This document shows positions 1 through 11,661 of a stretch of DNA of 32,723 nucleotides, in pieces. The position numbers were made by a program, and so were the translations under genes. The notes beneath the pieces were generated by a model. It searched no databases. It had not been told where the DNA came from and was given only the letters and a program-made list of their open reading frames with translations. Position 1 is the stretch's first letter. Each line of letters begins with the position of its first letter. Source of the DNA: Octopus sinensis (lineage: Eukaryota); the NCBI RefSeq assembly GCF_006345805.1, contig NW_021832734.1, forward strand, positions 1-32,723. The letters are read 5' to 3'.

Positions 1-269
1 GAGAGAGGAGAGAGAGAGAGAGAGGGAGGGAGAAATAACTACATATAACGTAAAGAGTTTATCCGTTTTTGAGCAGAGAGTTGCAAACTCTCCAGCCGGC
101 AAAATTATCCTAGATTTTCAAGAAGAAATTTCTTTGACACGTTTCTGACATTCAACAGAATAGATGCAACCTGGGAAAATATTCCAGTGTACTCTTCCAC
201 ACAATATCATATGGTTCCACACGCACACACACACATGTACCTCTATATGCAAATGTACACATGTATGTA

Positions 270-280
270 TATATCTACAT

Positions 281-311
<31 letters not shown>

Positions 312-532
312 ATATATAGAGGAGAGAGAGAGACAGATAGATAAATAGATGGATATTATATATGTATGTATGTAGTATATATATATATATAATATATAAT
401 ATATATATATATAGTATATACATAATACATATTTATATATATATACATAATACATATATATATACAATATATATATACATATATACATATATATATACAT
501 ATATATACATATATATATCATATATAATATAT

Positions 533-564
<32 letters not shown>

Positions 565-592
565 ATATATATATATATTATATATATATATT

Positions 593-631
<39 letters not shown>

Positions 632-649
632 ATATATATATACTATACG

Positions 650-713
<64 letters not shown>

Positions 714-725
714 ATTATATATGTT
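270..725. repeat. (TA)n-rich microsatellite tract, imperfect
   Basis: Near-continuous TA dinucleotides with scattered single-base interruptions and short CA/GA segments. Confidence 0.95.
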
Positions 726-848
726 TACATAGAGAGAGAGAGTGAAAGAGTTCTAGTTAGCTATTTAGTCCATGGCTAGTTTTTTCTGAAACTATGTATC
801 CCTTTCTCCGCTCGTGTGTGTGTGAGAGAGTGAAAGACAGATTGCGGA

Positions 849-1194
849 TATTCTTTTATTCTTTTACTTGTTTCAGTCATTTGACTGCGATCATACTGGA
901 GCAGCGCCTTTAGTCGCGCAAATCGAACCCTGGACTTATTCTTTGTAAACCTAGTACTTATTCTATCGGTCTGTTTACCCGAACGTAAACACACCTACAT
1001 CGGTTGTCAAGCGAAAGTGGGGGACAAACGCACACACACACACACACACATATATGTTCGGCAAGCTTCTTTCAGTTTCTATCTACCAAATCTACTCACA
1101 AGGCATTGGTCGGCCCGGGGCTATAGTAGAAGACACTTGCCCAAGGTGCCTCGCAATGGTTGGTAACGAAGCTACTTATCACACACCCACTCCT
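849..1194 (-). mobile_element. SINE family B (tRNA-like head, CORE-like domain), B-box region deleted
   Basis: Minus strand reads AGGAGTGGGTGTGTGATAAGTAGCTTCG...CACCTTGGGCAAGTGTCTTCTACTATAGCCCCGGG (CORE-like), internal (TG)n, and an AAAAGAATA repeat tail. Colinear with the copies at 4833, 5622, 10380 and 12665. Confidence 0.85.
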
Positions 1195-1453
1195 AAAATT
1201 ATAATTAAATGACCTTCCTGTATTTTTTTTTGTCGAAAGCCAGGAACTTTTCAGCATGCCTTCATATATGTGTGCATATGAACATGAGTGTGTGTGATCA
1301 ATGTGTATATATGTATATTTATACATGCATACATACATACACACACACACACACCACACACATATATATGTATGTATATGTATTTATATATGTATGTATA
1401 TGCATGGAATAAATTCAAAAATAGATCTATAAAATGTAAATGTTATCAATAGT

Positions 1454-1651
1454 TATTTCTTTATTACCCACAGGGGGCTAAACACAGAGGGGCTAAACAA
1501 GGACAGACAAAGTGATTTAGTCGATTGCATCGACCCCCGAAAGGATGAAAGGCAAAGTCGACCTCGGCGGAATTTGAACTCATAACGTAGCGGCAGACGA
1601 AATACCGCTAAGCATTTCGCCCGGCATGCTAACGATTCTGCCAGCTCGCCG
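1454..1651 (-). mobile_element. SINE family A, long-tail, with 11-bp TSD
   Basis: Head GGCGAGCTGGCAGAATCGTTAGC (A box) ... GAGTTCAAATTCC (B box). TSD AATGTTATCAA at 1439-1449 and 1657-1667. Confidence 0.9.
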
Positions 1652-1685
1652 TCCTGAATGTTATCAAAATTACATACTTCACGGG

Positions 1686-1895
1686 CGGCGAGGTGGTAGA
1701 GTCGTTAACACACCGGGCAAATACTAATCGGCATTTTCTCCGTCTTTACATTCTGAGGTTCAAATTCCGCCAGAGTAGACCATACCCATCAGCCTTTCGG
1801 GGTTGATAAAATAAGGACCAGTGGCAATCTGAGATCGATGTAATCCACATACACCGAACCCCTAAACTACCGGCATTGTACCAAAATTTGAAAGC
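1686..1895 (+). mobile_element. SINE family A, short-tail variant, diverged
   Basis: GGCGAGGTGGTAGAGTCGTTAAC...GGTTCAAATTCCGCC...CCTTTCGGGGTTGATAAAATAAGGACCAG. Lies head-to-head with the previous copy. Confidence 0.8.
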
Positions 1896-1931
1896 AATGA
1901 TACAGACTTCACGGATGCGTATTGTTTAGAT

Positions 1932-2040
1932 CAGTGCTACTCAATGTGGTGGTCCGCGGACCGGTGCCGGTCTGCGAGCCATCAGCTGCCGGTACGAGGA
2001 GAGTTTCCATAAAAACAAAACAAAAATTATAAAATGTTTA
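1932..2040 (+). mobile_element. hAT/Charlie-like DNA transposon left end fragment
   Basis: Starts CAGTGCTACTCAATGTGGTGGTCCGCGGACCGGTGCCGGTC, resembling MER5-type Charlie termini as recalled. Preceded by GTTTAGAT, similar to the Charlie NTCTAGAN target. Right end not found. Confidence 0.55.
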
Positions 2041-2047
2041 TGTAATA

Positions 2048-2443
2048 TTCCTTTCCACTCTAGGCACGATGCCCAAAATTTTGGTAGAGGGGGGGGGCAG
2101 TCGATTACATCGACACCAGTATGCAACTGGTACTCAATTTATCGATCCTAAAAGGATAAAAGGAAAAGTCAACCTCGACAGAATTTGAACTCAGAACGTA
2201 AAAACAGACGAAATACCTATTTCTTTACTACCCACAAGGGGCTAAACACAGAGAGGACAAACAAGGACAGACAAACGGATTAAGTCGATTATATCGACCC
2301 CAGTGCGTAACTGGTACTTATTTAATCGACCCCGAAAGGATGAAAGGCAAAGTCGATCTCGGCGGAATTTGAACTCAACGTAGCGGCAGACGAAATACCG
2401 CTAAGCATTTCGTCTGGAGTGTTAACGTTTCTGCCAGCTAGCC
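2048..2443 (-). mobile_element. SINE family A dimer (long-tail unit with head + headless short-tail unit)
   Basis: Two colinear A bodies joined at 2217|2218 (GACGAAATACC|TATTTCTTT on +). Confidence 0.85.
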
Positions 2444-2469
2444 ACTGTAATATTGTATTATTTGACCAT

Positions 2470-2875
2470 AACCAGTTGAGCATGTCCCTTAGTGGCTAAC
2501 GATATGTGCACTTCTGATCATGAGCAGAAGTAGCCATGTGCTGAAAGGAAATCTTTGGGGTTTGGATAATTCACCTCTGGAAACATGTGTGTGTGTCGTT
2601 CAACATCCTTAAGCAGCCCTTGAGCTGGATGGGCTACACACCCTGAAAAAAATTCGAACTGGGCCCCACCTGCAAGGTCATGTGCTGTTTATCTTGATAT
2701 GTGATCACCATGTCGCGCATATAGAGTTGTGATGTATGTGCTTGGTGTACAATTATCAGACGGGTAGTCATGACAAGTATACTGGGCTTCGTATATTTTA
2801 CCCCAGTGTCACTTTGATGGCGTGCACTGCTCTCTCACCCACTCAATAATAATAATAATAATAATAATAATAACT
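2470..2875 (+). mobile_element. Probable retroposon 3' portion ending in an (AAT)n tail
   Basis: Higher-complexity block ending ...GCACTGCTCTCTCACCCACTC followed by (AAT)n. Recalled as a common octopus interspersed repeat; single copy in this window. Confidence 0.45.
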
Positions 2876-2910
2876 TCTACTATAACACAAGGCCTGAAAT
2901 TATATATATA

Positions 2911-3226
2911 AAGGAGCACTCCGTCGGTTACGATGACAAGGGTTCCAGTTGATCCAATCAACGGAACAGCTTGCTCGTGAAATTAAAGTGCAATCCACAA
3001 ATACGTGTACCCTTAACGTAGTTCTCAGGAAGATTCAGCGTGACACAGAGTGTGACAAGGCCGGTCCCTTTGAAATACAGGTACTACTCATTTTTGCCAG
3101 CCGAGTGGACTGGAGCAACGTGTAATAAAGTGTCTTGCTCAAGGACACAACGGGTCGCCGGGAATTGGACTCATGACCTCACAATCGTAAGCCGAATGCC
3201 CTAACCACTAAACCACGCGCCTTCAC
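2911..3226 (-). mobile_element. SINE family D (tRNA-like head, CORE-like domain)
   Basis: Minus strand: GTGAAGGCGCGTGGTTTAGTGGTTAGGG (A box) ... GAGTCCAATTCC (B box) ... GTCCTTGAGCAAGACACTT. Second copy at 22452-22765. Confidence 0.85.
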
Positions 3227-3954
3227 ACACACAGAACCTCAAGCACGTGCGCGCACACCCCCCCACACAAATACGAAACTTATTCTGTATATACGAAATT
3301 AGTGTCAATGTAAATAAAACATTAAGGAAAGAACATTAATTGCCTTTGTGTTATTTAGATGTGGGACTTAATTAATTATGTCGAAATTAAATGTAATTAG
3401 TGTGATCTTAGGGTTAATGAGAGAGTAAGAGAGTCGAGGCAATAATATGCACTTCGTTAAAGTCGATGTAGATTTGTGTTAACGGGTAATCTGAGTATCT
3501 ATAAAGTTTCTGGGAGTTCGTGTAAGGGTTACAATTAGTGCTAACATCAGTGTTAAGATTTCATGTTTAGGTTCACGGTTGCGGCTGCTATCTTCTTCCA
3601 ATCAGGACTCACGCCATTAGCCACAAAGAATAATCTCTAGTTCGAGCCTACTCTAAGCTACTAAGAATGCGTGTGGCAACTTGAAGATCCACCCACCACA
3701 CGCGAAAGACTGCCGGTTTCAAGGGCGCGAAAGCTACGTTGTTATCCTCATTCCGTAAACGGTGGCTTTTAACGGGTGGAGAGCTGAACCATCCTGGGGT
3801 ACAGAGGATTCGCAATCTAGACCAGGGTCTGAAAGTTTACCACACCATAGTGGGTTTCACCAACCATGGTTCCTCTGCTTTGTGACAGAAGTAGGAAGCA
3901 AGAATGAAAGTTATGGTGGTCTCTAGAAAGTTTCTATTGACCAGCTTCACTTAC

Positions 3955-4070
3955 AAAACATTGGTCACCTCGGGGCCTTAGTAAAAGACACTCGTCCAAG
4001 GGATTGCGCAGTGGGAATGAGAACGAAATCACGTTGTTGCAAGGCGAGTGTCTTAACGATAGAACCATGC
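3955..4070 (-). mobile_element. SINE family B head fragment, diverged
   Basis: TTGGTCACCTCGGGGCCTTAGTAAAAGACACTCGTCCAAGG...GCAGTGGGA aligns to the B head/CORE segment. Confidence 0.6.
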
Positions 4071-4074
4071 TGTC

Positions 4075-4515
<441 letters not shown>

Positions 4516-4832
4516 TCATCTAATAAACATACATATTTGTAAGCAGGGTCGCGTAAAGCCTACGAAATTATACAATCGCACACTCATATAGATTTATATT
4601 TATATACACGCACGCGCACATCGATATTTCATTTAGTCACAGCGTTCCTAGTAACATGGTGTAAGAGCTCAATCTACACGTGTTTCGGAAAGAAGCGCAG
4701 GCTGAGTACAGGGCATGAAAAAATTAAATAAATGACAAAGGTACAAGAAATTATGCGCGAGAAGTTTATTACATTATTTCCTGTTCCACTGTCATTTATC
4801 TAATTTCTTTTATGTCTATGTATGCATGTACG

Positions 4833-5203
4833 TATTCTTTTATTTCAGTCATTCGACTGCGGCCATGTTGGAGCACCGCCTTTAGTCGAAAAAAATCGAC
4901 TCCCCCAGGACTTATTCTTTGTTAGTCTAGTACTTATTCTATCGGCCTCTTTTCCCCGGACCACTAAGTTACGAAGACGTAAACACACCAACATCGGGTG
5001 TGAAGCGATGGTGGGGGAGACAAGCCCAGACACATACACACACACATATACGACAGGCTTCTTTCAGTTTCCGTCTGTCAAAAAAAAAAAAAAAACGCTC
5101 GCAAGGCTTTTGTCGGCCCGTGGCTATAGTAGAAAACACTTGCCCAAGGTGCCACCCGGAACCATGTGGTTGGTAAGCAAGCTACTTACCACACAGCCAC
5201 TCC
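4833..5203 (-). mobile_element. SINE family B, near full length
   Basis: Colinear with 12665-13065; head GGAGTGGCTGTGTGGTAAGTAGCTTGCTTACCAACCACATGGTTCCGGG. Confidence 0.9.
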
Positions 5204-5621
5204 AGCATTGCAGCGACTATAATCTGATCCCCTTTTGCAACGCGACTTTCCTATTATCATAAGGCGTAATTTCAAGGATTATTACGTTTTGCTGAGGCGT
5301 TTTACAATGTGATTTACATAGAGTTAGTGCAGTATTAAAGGTGATTTTTAAATTAGGGTTAAGTTTTACACATATATAGTGTCAGGAATTCAATAGCTAG
5401 TGTAATTTTCATAAACAGATTAAAAAAGAAAACAGAGCTTTTTCATATAGACTAATGGAGTGCATAGTGTGTCTCTAAACTTCGTAATCACCTGAGAAGT
5501 GTTGGCGAATTGAGATCTTTATCGCCATTCCCCTCCTTCTCCTTCCTGCTGAAGCAATGTCTGTATTAGTAGAGAAATGGTCGGAGTGTTTTGTCACACA
5601 CACACACACACACACAGAGTA

Positions 5622-5998
5622 GGTGCAGGCATGGCTGTGTGATAAGGAACTTGCTTCCCAACCACATGGTTCCGGGTCCAATCCCACTGCGTGGCAACTT
5701 GAGCGGATGTCTTCTACTGTAGCCACGAACCGACCAAAGCCTTGTGAGTGGATATGGTAGACGGAAACTATGTGTGTGTATATATGTCTGTGTTTGCCCC
5801 CCCCCCATCACAGCTTGACAACCGGTGTTGGTGTGTTTGCGTCTCCGTAACTTACCTGTTTAGCGAAAGAAACTGATAGAATAAGTACGAGGCTTAAAAA
5901 AAATGTAATGGAGTCGATTTTTCGACTAAAATTCTTCAGAAGGATGCTTCAGCATGGTTGCAGTCAAATGACTGAAACAAGTAGACGAATAAAAGAAC
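5622..5998 (+). mobile_element. SINE family B, full length, diverged
   Basis: GCAGGCATGGCTGTGTGATAAGGAACTTGC...GGGTCCAATCCC...ATGACTGAAACAAGTAGACGAATAAAAGAA. Confidence 0.85.
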
Positions 5999-6214
5999 AT
6001 ATATATAATAGTGGGAAATATGCGGATGAAAGTGTCGCTGGAAAGGTCACAGATGTGAGACGAAAGGTTTCCAGACAATGGACATCAGATAAAATAAGAA
6101 CAATAATAAAGGAGTGAAGAACGAATATATAGTGCGTGTGTTTAAAAAAAATGACCGTCCCGAAATATAAAAAAAATGATGTAGGTATATATTATATAAA
6201 AATGGTTTACTTAC

Positions 6215-6256
6215 GTGGATGCTGTCTAGGTAATACGTCCCTTGAGGAATTCAGAC
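6215..6256 (-). other. Candidate 42-nt symmetric (phase 1-1) exon
   Basis: Acceptor CGCCTTTTTTCTTTATCCTTCTTCAG and donor CAC|GTAAGT. Only one open frame (xLNSSRDVLPRQHP). No product recognised. Confidence 0.3.
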
Positions 6257-6701
6257 CTGAAGAAGGATAAAGAAAAAAGGCGGGAAAATGAATAAACCGT
6301 GATAAACTAAAGGGTTTATATGTAAGCAGGGTCGCATAAAATTTATAAAATTATACCCCCAACACATTCACTTATATGAAAGTATGGATTTATGAAAAGA
6401 AGGAAAGCATACTAAACACATCGTGTAAAGTAAATTGTTTTTTAGTTTCTTATATTAAGGCGATTCAAAATTCGCAAAATTTACCCATAAGCCTCGAATT
6501 TTGCGGAGTAATGATTTGGACGTGCGTTATTGCATGAAACTCGAGACGTCTGAGTAACTTCTGATGCGCATGCTACATAAAATATTACCTTCATATACGA
6601 TAAACGATTAAAAAAAAAGGCAAATTAAAGAAACAAGGAAAATATAATCAAATATCAATAAATTTACAGATATTTAATTTCAAAGATGGAGATTTCGCCA
6701 G

Positions 6702-7086
6702 TCTCTATATACAAAGCTGAAGTTGTCTGTGTATGGCAGGTTTGGTAGCCTTCAACTAACGCTATCTCTTCCGAGACCCTGCGGCGCAAGTTGACCAAAA
6801 TTGAGAGTATGATAGAAGAAGGCTTGCTCTTCCTTCCGTAGAATTCAAATCGGACCATGTTAACACCGAAAATTGCTTACATCAAAAAGGTGCTTTTTTT
6901 TCTATGAAAATACCTATTTTTTTACGATTTTTTGACTGCTGTGTAGTCATTTTTCGGTGTATTTCAACCAGAAAAATGTTCACTTAAAGAGAATAACAAG
7001 CTACATAATGCAAATTTTTTACTTTTCAAAAATTCCAATTCTAAAGAGTCGAAATAAACCCGAGCAACGCCGGGTGATACTGCTAA
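6702..7086 (+). mobile_element. Non-autonomous Helitron
   Basis: 5' TC start, 3' hairpin CCCGAGCAACGCCGGG (7059-7074), 8-nt spacer, then CTAA|T. The 3' terminal region (7056-7087) is 30/32 identical to that of the element at 11268-11661. Confidence 0.75.
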
Positions 7087-7354
7087 TCATATAAAAAAAA
7101 AAATTAATAAAAACTCATTTGAATAAATGAATAAAATCTAATTTTTTTTATGAAAGCGAAAGGAAAACTTTTCCACCATTTTAAGATGTAGAGAAAGAAA
7201 ACAACAACACGCATAAAAAAAAAACAATTCTTGCGGTTTAAAGATTGTTCTTTGCTTTGTTTGTAGCCTGGTCATTCTCGGGTAGTCTTCCGATTGCAAA
7301 GAAAGAGAGAGCGAGGTGGGAGAAACTCTCTCTCACACAAGTAAATATATATAT

Positions 7355-7565
7355 ATACTCTTTTACTCTTACTTGTTTCGGTCATTTGACTTTGGTCATG
7401 CTGGAGCACCGCCTTTAGTCGAGCAAATCGATCCCAGGACTTATTCTTTGTAAGCCTAGTACTTATTCTATCGGTCTTATTTGCCGAACCGCTAAGTTAG
7501 GGCACGTAAACACTCCAGCATCGGTTGTCAAGCGATGTTGGGGGGGGGGAGAAACACAGACACAC
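7355..7565 (-). mobile_element. SINE family B 3' half
   Basis: TACTCTTTTACTCTTACTTGTTTCGGTCATTTGAC...GGTTGTCAAGCGATGTTGGGG matches the B tail. Confidence 0.85.
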
Positions 7566-8174
7566 GAACATATATACACACGCATACATACATACATACA
7601 TAAATGCATACATACATACACACATACAGAGTTCTTCTGAAGAAGGATCTAATGAAATGTTAGTTGAAGATTTGGCTGCTATTTCTACTGGTCAAAGGGT
7701 TACGAACACTTCATTAACACGAGATCTTCGAAACTTAAAGCCCATCTTTTCCTAAAAGCGATGGAGTGTGATTTGAAGAAGCTGTGACTGCTATTTTTAG
7801 TGGTCAGAGGGAGACCCTCGTTGACTCGGACAAAATTAGTAAATTTACAGATTTTACCGACAAGACGCCATTTTGACGCCATTCGTTATAATCTTCAACC
7901 ACAACTCCACCTGGTTTACATTTGTATGAAATAGAAAGTGCATTTAGAAATGGCGGAAGCACTTGACATATACACAACATATGAATATGTATATATGTAT
8001 GTGTGTATAAATCTAGATGTATGTGAGTATGTGCGCATATACACCTCTGTGTATATGTATGTATATGTGCGTTTGTGAGTTAGTATTTATGAATGCATGT
8101 TTGTCTGTATGTATGTATGTAGGTATCACGTGCGTTTATATATGTATTTGTTTGTGTACAAGCAAGTATCTATA

Positions 8175-8283
8175 CATGTATTTGCTTATGTATGTATGTA
8201 TGTATGTATGTATGTATGTATGTATTGTATGTATGTATGTATGTATGTATGTATGTATGTATGTATGTATGTATATATGTATG

Positions 8284-8317
<34 letters not shown>

Positions 8318-9420
8318 TGTATGTATGTATATATGCATGTATGTATGTATGTATGTATGTATGTATGTATGTATGTATGTATATATGTATGTATATATGT
8401 ATGTATGTATGTATGTATGCATGTATGTATGTATGTATGTATGTATGTATGTGTGTGTGTATGTATGTATGTATGCATGTATGTATGTATGTATGTATGT
8501 ATGTATGTATGTATGTATGTATGTATGTGTGTGTGTATGTATGTATGTATGTATGTATGTATGTATGTATGTATGTATGTATATATGTATGTATATATGT
8601 ATGTAGTATGTATGTATGCATGTATGTATGTATGTTATGTATGTATGTATGTGTGTGTGTATGTATGTATGTATGCATGTATGTATGTATGTATGTATGT
8701 ATGTGTGTGTGTATGTATGTATGTATGTATGTATGTTGTATGTATGTATGTATGTGTGTATGTATGTATGTATGCATGTATGTATGTATGTACGTATGTA
8801 TGTATGTATGTATGTATGTATGTATGTATGCATGTATGTATGTATGTATGCATGTATGTATGTATGTATGTATGCATGTATGTATGTATGTATGTATGTA
8901 TGTGTGTGTGTATGTATGTATGTATGTATGTATGTATGTATGTTTGTATGTATGTTTGTATGTATGTATGTATGTATGTATGTATGTATGTACGTATGTA
9001 TGTGTGTATGTATGTATGTATGTATGTATGTATGTATGTATGTATGTACGTATGTATGTGTGTATGTATGTACGTATGTATGTGTGTATGTATGTATGTA
9101 TGCATGTATGTATGCATGTATGTATGTATGTATGTATGTATGTATGCATGTATGTATGTTGTATTTATTATGTTTGTATGTATGTTTGTATGTATGTATG
9201 TATGTATGTATGTATGTATGTATTATGTATGTACGTATGTATGTATGTATGTATGTATGTACGTATGTATTATGCATGTTATGTATGTTATGTATGTATG
9301 TATGTATGTGATGTATGTATGTATGTATGTTTATGTATGTATGTATGTATGTGTGTATGTATGTTTATGTATGTATGTATGTGTGTATGTATGTATGCAT
9401 GTATGCATGCATGCATGTAT
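8175..9420. repeat. ~1.2 kb (TATG)n microsatellite array
   Basis: Direct reading; variants TGTG, CATG, TACG and TATA are interspersed. Confidence 0.98.
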
Positions 9421-9553
9421 GGCTTCACTTCCGTTACGGAGCGAAAGCGGAAGCGGAAGCTTTGACAAAACCAAAAAGAATGTGCCTGCTGCTAGTGGTT
9501 GGTAGCCAAAATATTATTGGTTAGATACTGCCGCGACTTAGTTTATTAATAAT

Positions 9554-9556
<3 letters not shown>

Positions 9557-9613
<57 letters not shown>

Positions 9614-9655
9614 ACACACACACACAACACACACAACACACACACACACACACCA
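9557..9655. repeat. (CA)n microsatellite
   Basis: Direct reading. Confidence 0.95.
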
Positions 9656-10080
9656 CACAAATATTCATAACTATATGTACTTTCACATTACACACACACA
9701 CTGACTCATGAATATTCATGTAATGTATATTAGAATGCCCGTTGTATAGATTCTTAATCACGTGTGCATAAACGCATATACATTTATACATGGATTAGGC
9801 GTATGTGGAGAGGGAGGTGTGTTTGTACAGATTTAGAATTATATGTCTCTTAAAGCGTCTGTATCCGTACAGGAGTGTGCAAAATACATTACACACAGAC
9901 ACGGGCATATATATATATATATACATACATTATAGTATTATTTTCAAACATACTTATAAATAGGAAATCGTTCCTGTAACGCGATTCACCATAGATATAC
10001 TCACACACAAGCACACGCATTACAAATGCGGATACACATATGCATTCATATAAACATACATACATACATACATACATACA

Positions 10081-10115
<35 letters not shown>

Positions 10116-10322
10116 GCATATGTGGGCACAGGACGTCATGAAACGTGTACATGGAATATGAACTATTTCGAACAACGAAAGACACAGATAGAAAACAAGA
10201 CAAACAACACTTCATCAGTTGTTGGTTGTTTTACTACTCTCGTATTTCGACCATTTAACAACAATATAGTGCTGTGCCCAAATATGCATATGTATATACG
10301 AATATATGTAAGAATGTTCATG

Positions 10323-10358
<36 letters not shown>

Positions 10359-10379
10359 CACATACATACATACATATAC

Positions 10380-10750
10380 AAGAGTGGCTGTGTGGTAAGT
10401 ACAAACCACATGGGTCCGAATTCAGTCCCACTGCGTGGCACCTTGGGTAAGTGTCTTCTACTATAACCTCCGGCCGACCAAAGCCTTGTGAGGAGATTTG
10501 GTAGACAGAACTGAAAGAATCCCGTAGTGTGTGTGTGTGTGGTGTATATTTATGTGTCTTTGTGATTGTGTTTGTCCCCCTCACCATCGCTTGACAACCG
10601 ATACTGGTGTGTTTATGTCCCTGAAACCTAGCAGTTTGGCAAAAGAGACCGACAGAATAAGCACTAGGTTTGCAAAGAGTCAATCCTGGAGTTACTTTCT
10701 TCCAGCATGGCCGCAGTCAAATGACTGAAACGTGTTAAGGTGTAAAAGAT
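10380..10750 (+). mobile_element. SINE family B, near full length
   Basis: AAGAGTGGCTGTGTGGTAAG...TTCAGTCCCACTGCGTGGCACCTTGGGTAAGTGTCTTC...GCAGTCAAATGACTGAAAC. Confidence 0.85.
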
Positions 10751-11039
10751 ATATAAAATACATAAAGAACGTTAATATTCATCAGAGATAAGAATGTTAG
10801 TGGCCGCAAGAGCGATTTTTTTTAAGACACCAGCTTTGCTGAAAATAGGAGTTAAAACACTCTGAAGTCACAAAAGTTAAGTCTATAAATACCCGGGCAT
10901 CGTCGGAAAAAAAATTAATTGAATCAAGGATTGCTTCTTATCTCCGCAAAAATGCAAGAAAGAAAGTCGGTTAACTTGATACACGCCCGATTCTATTTGA
11001 TTCTCTTACATGTTTCAGCTCTCAGGTTGTGGCCATGCT

Positions 11040-11215
11040 CGAGTGTGCGTTTGTCCACCATCGCCGCTTGACAACCGGTGCTATATTGTTTATAATCTCG
11101 TAGCTTAGCCTTTCGGGAAAACTGACCGATAGACTAAGTACCCGACTTGGAATATAAATGAATCGTTTCTGTACCCCAGCATGGGCGCAGTTCGATGCAT
11201 GAAACAAGTAAAAGA
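11040..11215 (+). mobile_element. SINE family B 3' fragment, diverged
   Basis: CCATCGCCGCTTGACAACCGGTGC...CCAGCATGGGCGCAGTTCGATGCATGAAACAAGTAAAAGA. Confidence 0.7.
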
Positions 11216-11267
11216 TTAACCAATATCAGGAACAGGAACAACAACATTAAAACGTCATTATGAATAA

Positions 11268-11661
11268 CTAGCAGTATCGCCCGGCGTTGCTCGGGTTTGT
11301 AAGGGAAATAACTATATAAGCATTTTTAGAGATGTAAAGTATAATAGCCATCTCAATATGGCTAACCACAAAGGGGGGTGTTACTGTAGCTTTTTACATT
11401 CTGAGATTTAATAATACATTTTTAGAGAGTTACTTCCCTTATATAATAGCAAAAATGTGCATTAAAAATGGGGAAAAATGATGGTAATTTTTTTTTAAAT
11501 CGTAGACTCATCGTAGACGCGCGCTAATACTCAGAAGGGCTCGATATGAATCACAACTATAAGATACCCACTTTTGGTTACACTGCACCGCAAAATGTGG
11601 GAGTAGTTAGGAATCTAAATCGTAGGAGACAGACACACAACTTCACTTTTATATATAAAGA
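11268..11661 (-). mobile_element. Non-autonomous Helitron with canonical termini
   Basis: Minus strand: A|TCTTTATATATAAAAGTGAAGTTG ... CCCGAGCAACGCCGGG-cgatactg-CTAG|T. It has a 5' TC, a 3' hairpin plus CTRR, an A|T target and no TSD. Confidence 0.85.

Noticed and set aside
270-725. Irregular TAA/TTA interruptions in (TA)n tracts as a patterned code
   Set aside because: No periodicity is seen. They are compatible with slippage or long-read consensus indel error, which also cautions against over-reading single-base defects elsewhere.
3400-3580. TTAGGG-like words as an interstitial telomere (also ~5350)
   Set aside because: Only isolated, degenerate words are present, not a tandem array.
4668-4706. 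GAAA-CACGTG-TA palindrome on the minus strand as a hammerhead
   Set aside because: The upstream core is reduced to CTGCG and there is no stem II; at best an unrecognisable remnant.
6519-6550. GTGCG(TTAT)TGCAT-GAAA-CTCGAG as a second H4 copy
   Set aside because: There is no CUGANGA-like core and no stem I.
6664-6858. 64-aa minus-strand ORF
   Set aside because: It lies mostly within the non-autonomous Helitron and shows no recognisable Rep/helicase motif.
7620-7882. ORFs 7525-7755 and 7700-7882 as exons
   Set aside because: The region holds two diverged copies of a GATTTG..GCTGCTATTTCTA-type repeat fragment, with no convincing splice pair or protein similarity.
8017-9505. Long ORFs (up to 482 aa) of MYVC/HTYI repeats
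   Set aside because: They are translations of (TATG)n, which has no stop codon in most frames; there is no coding signal.
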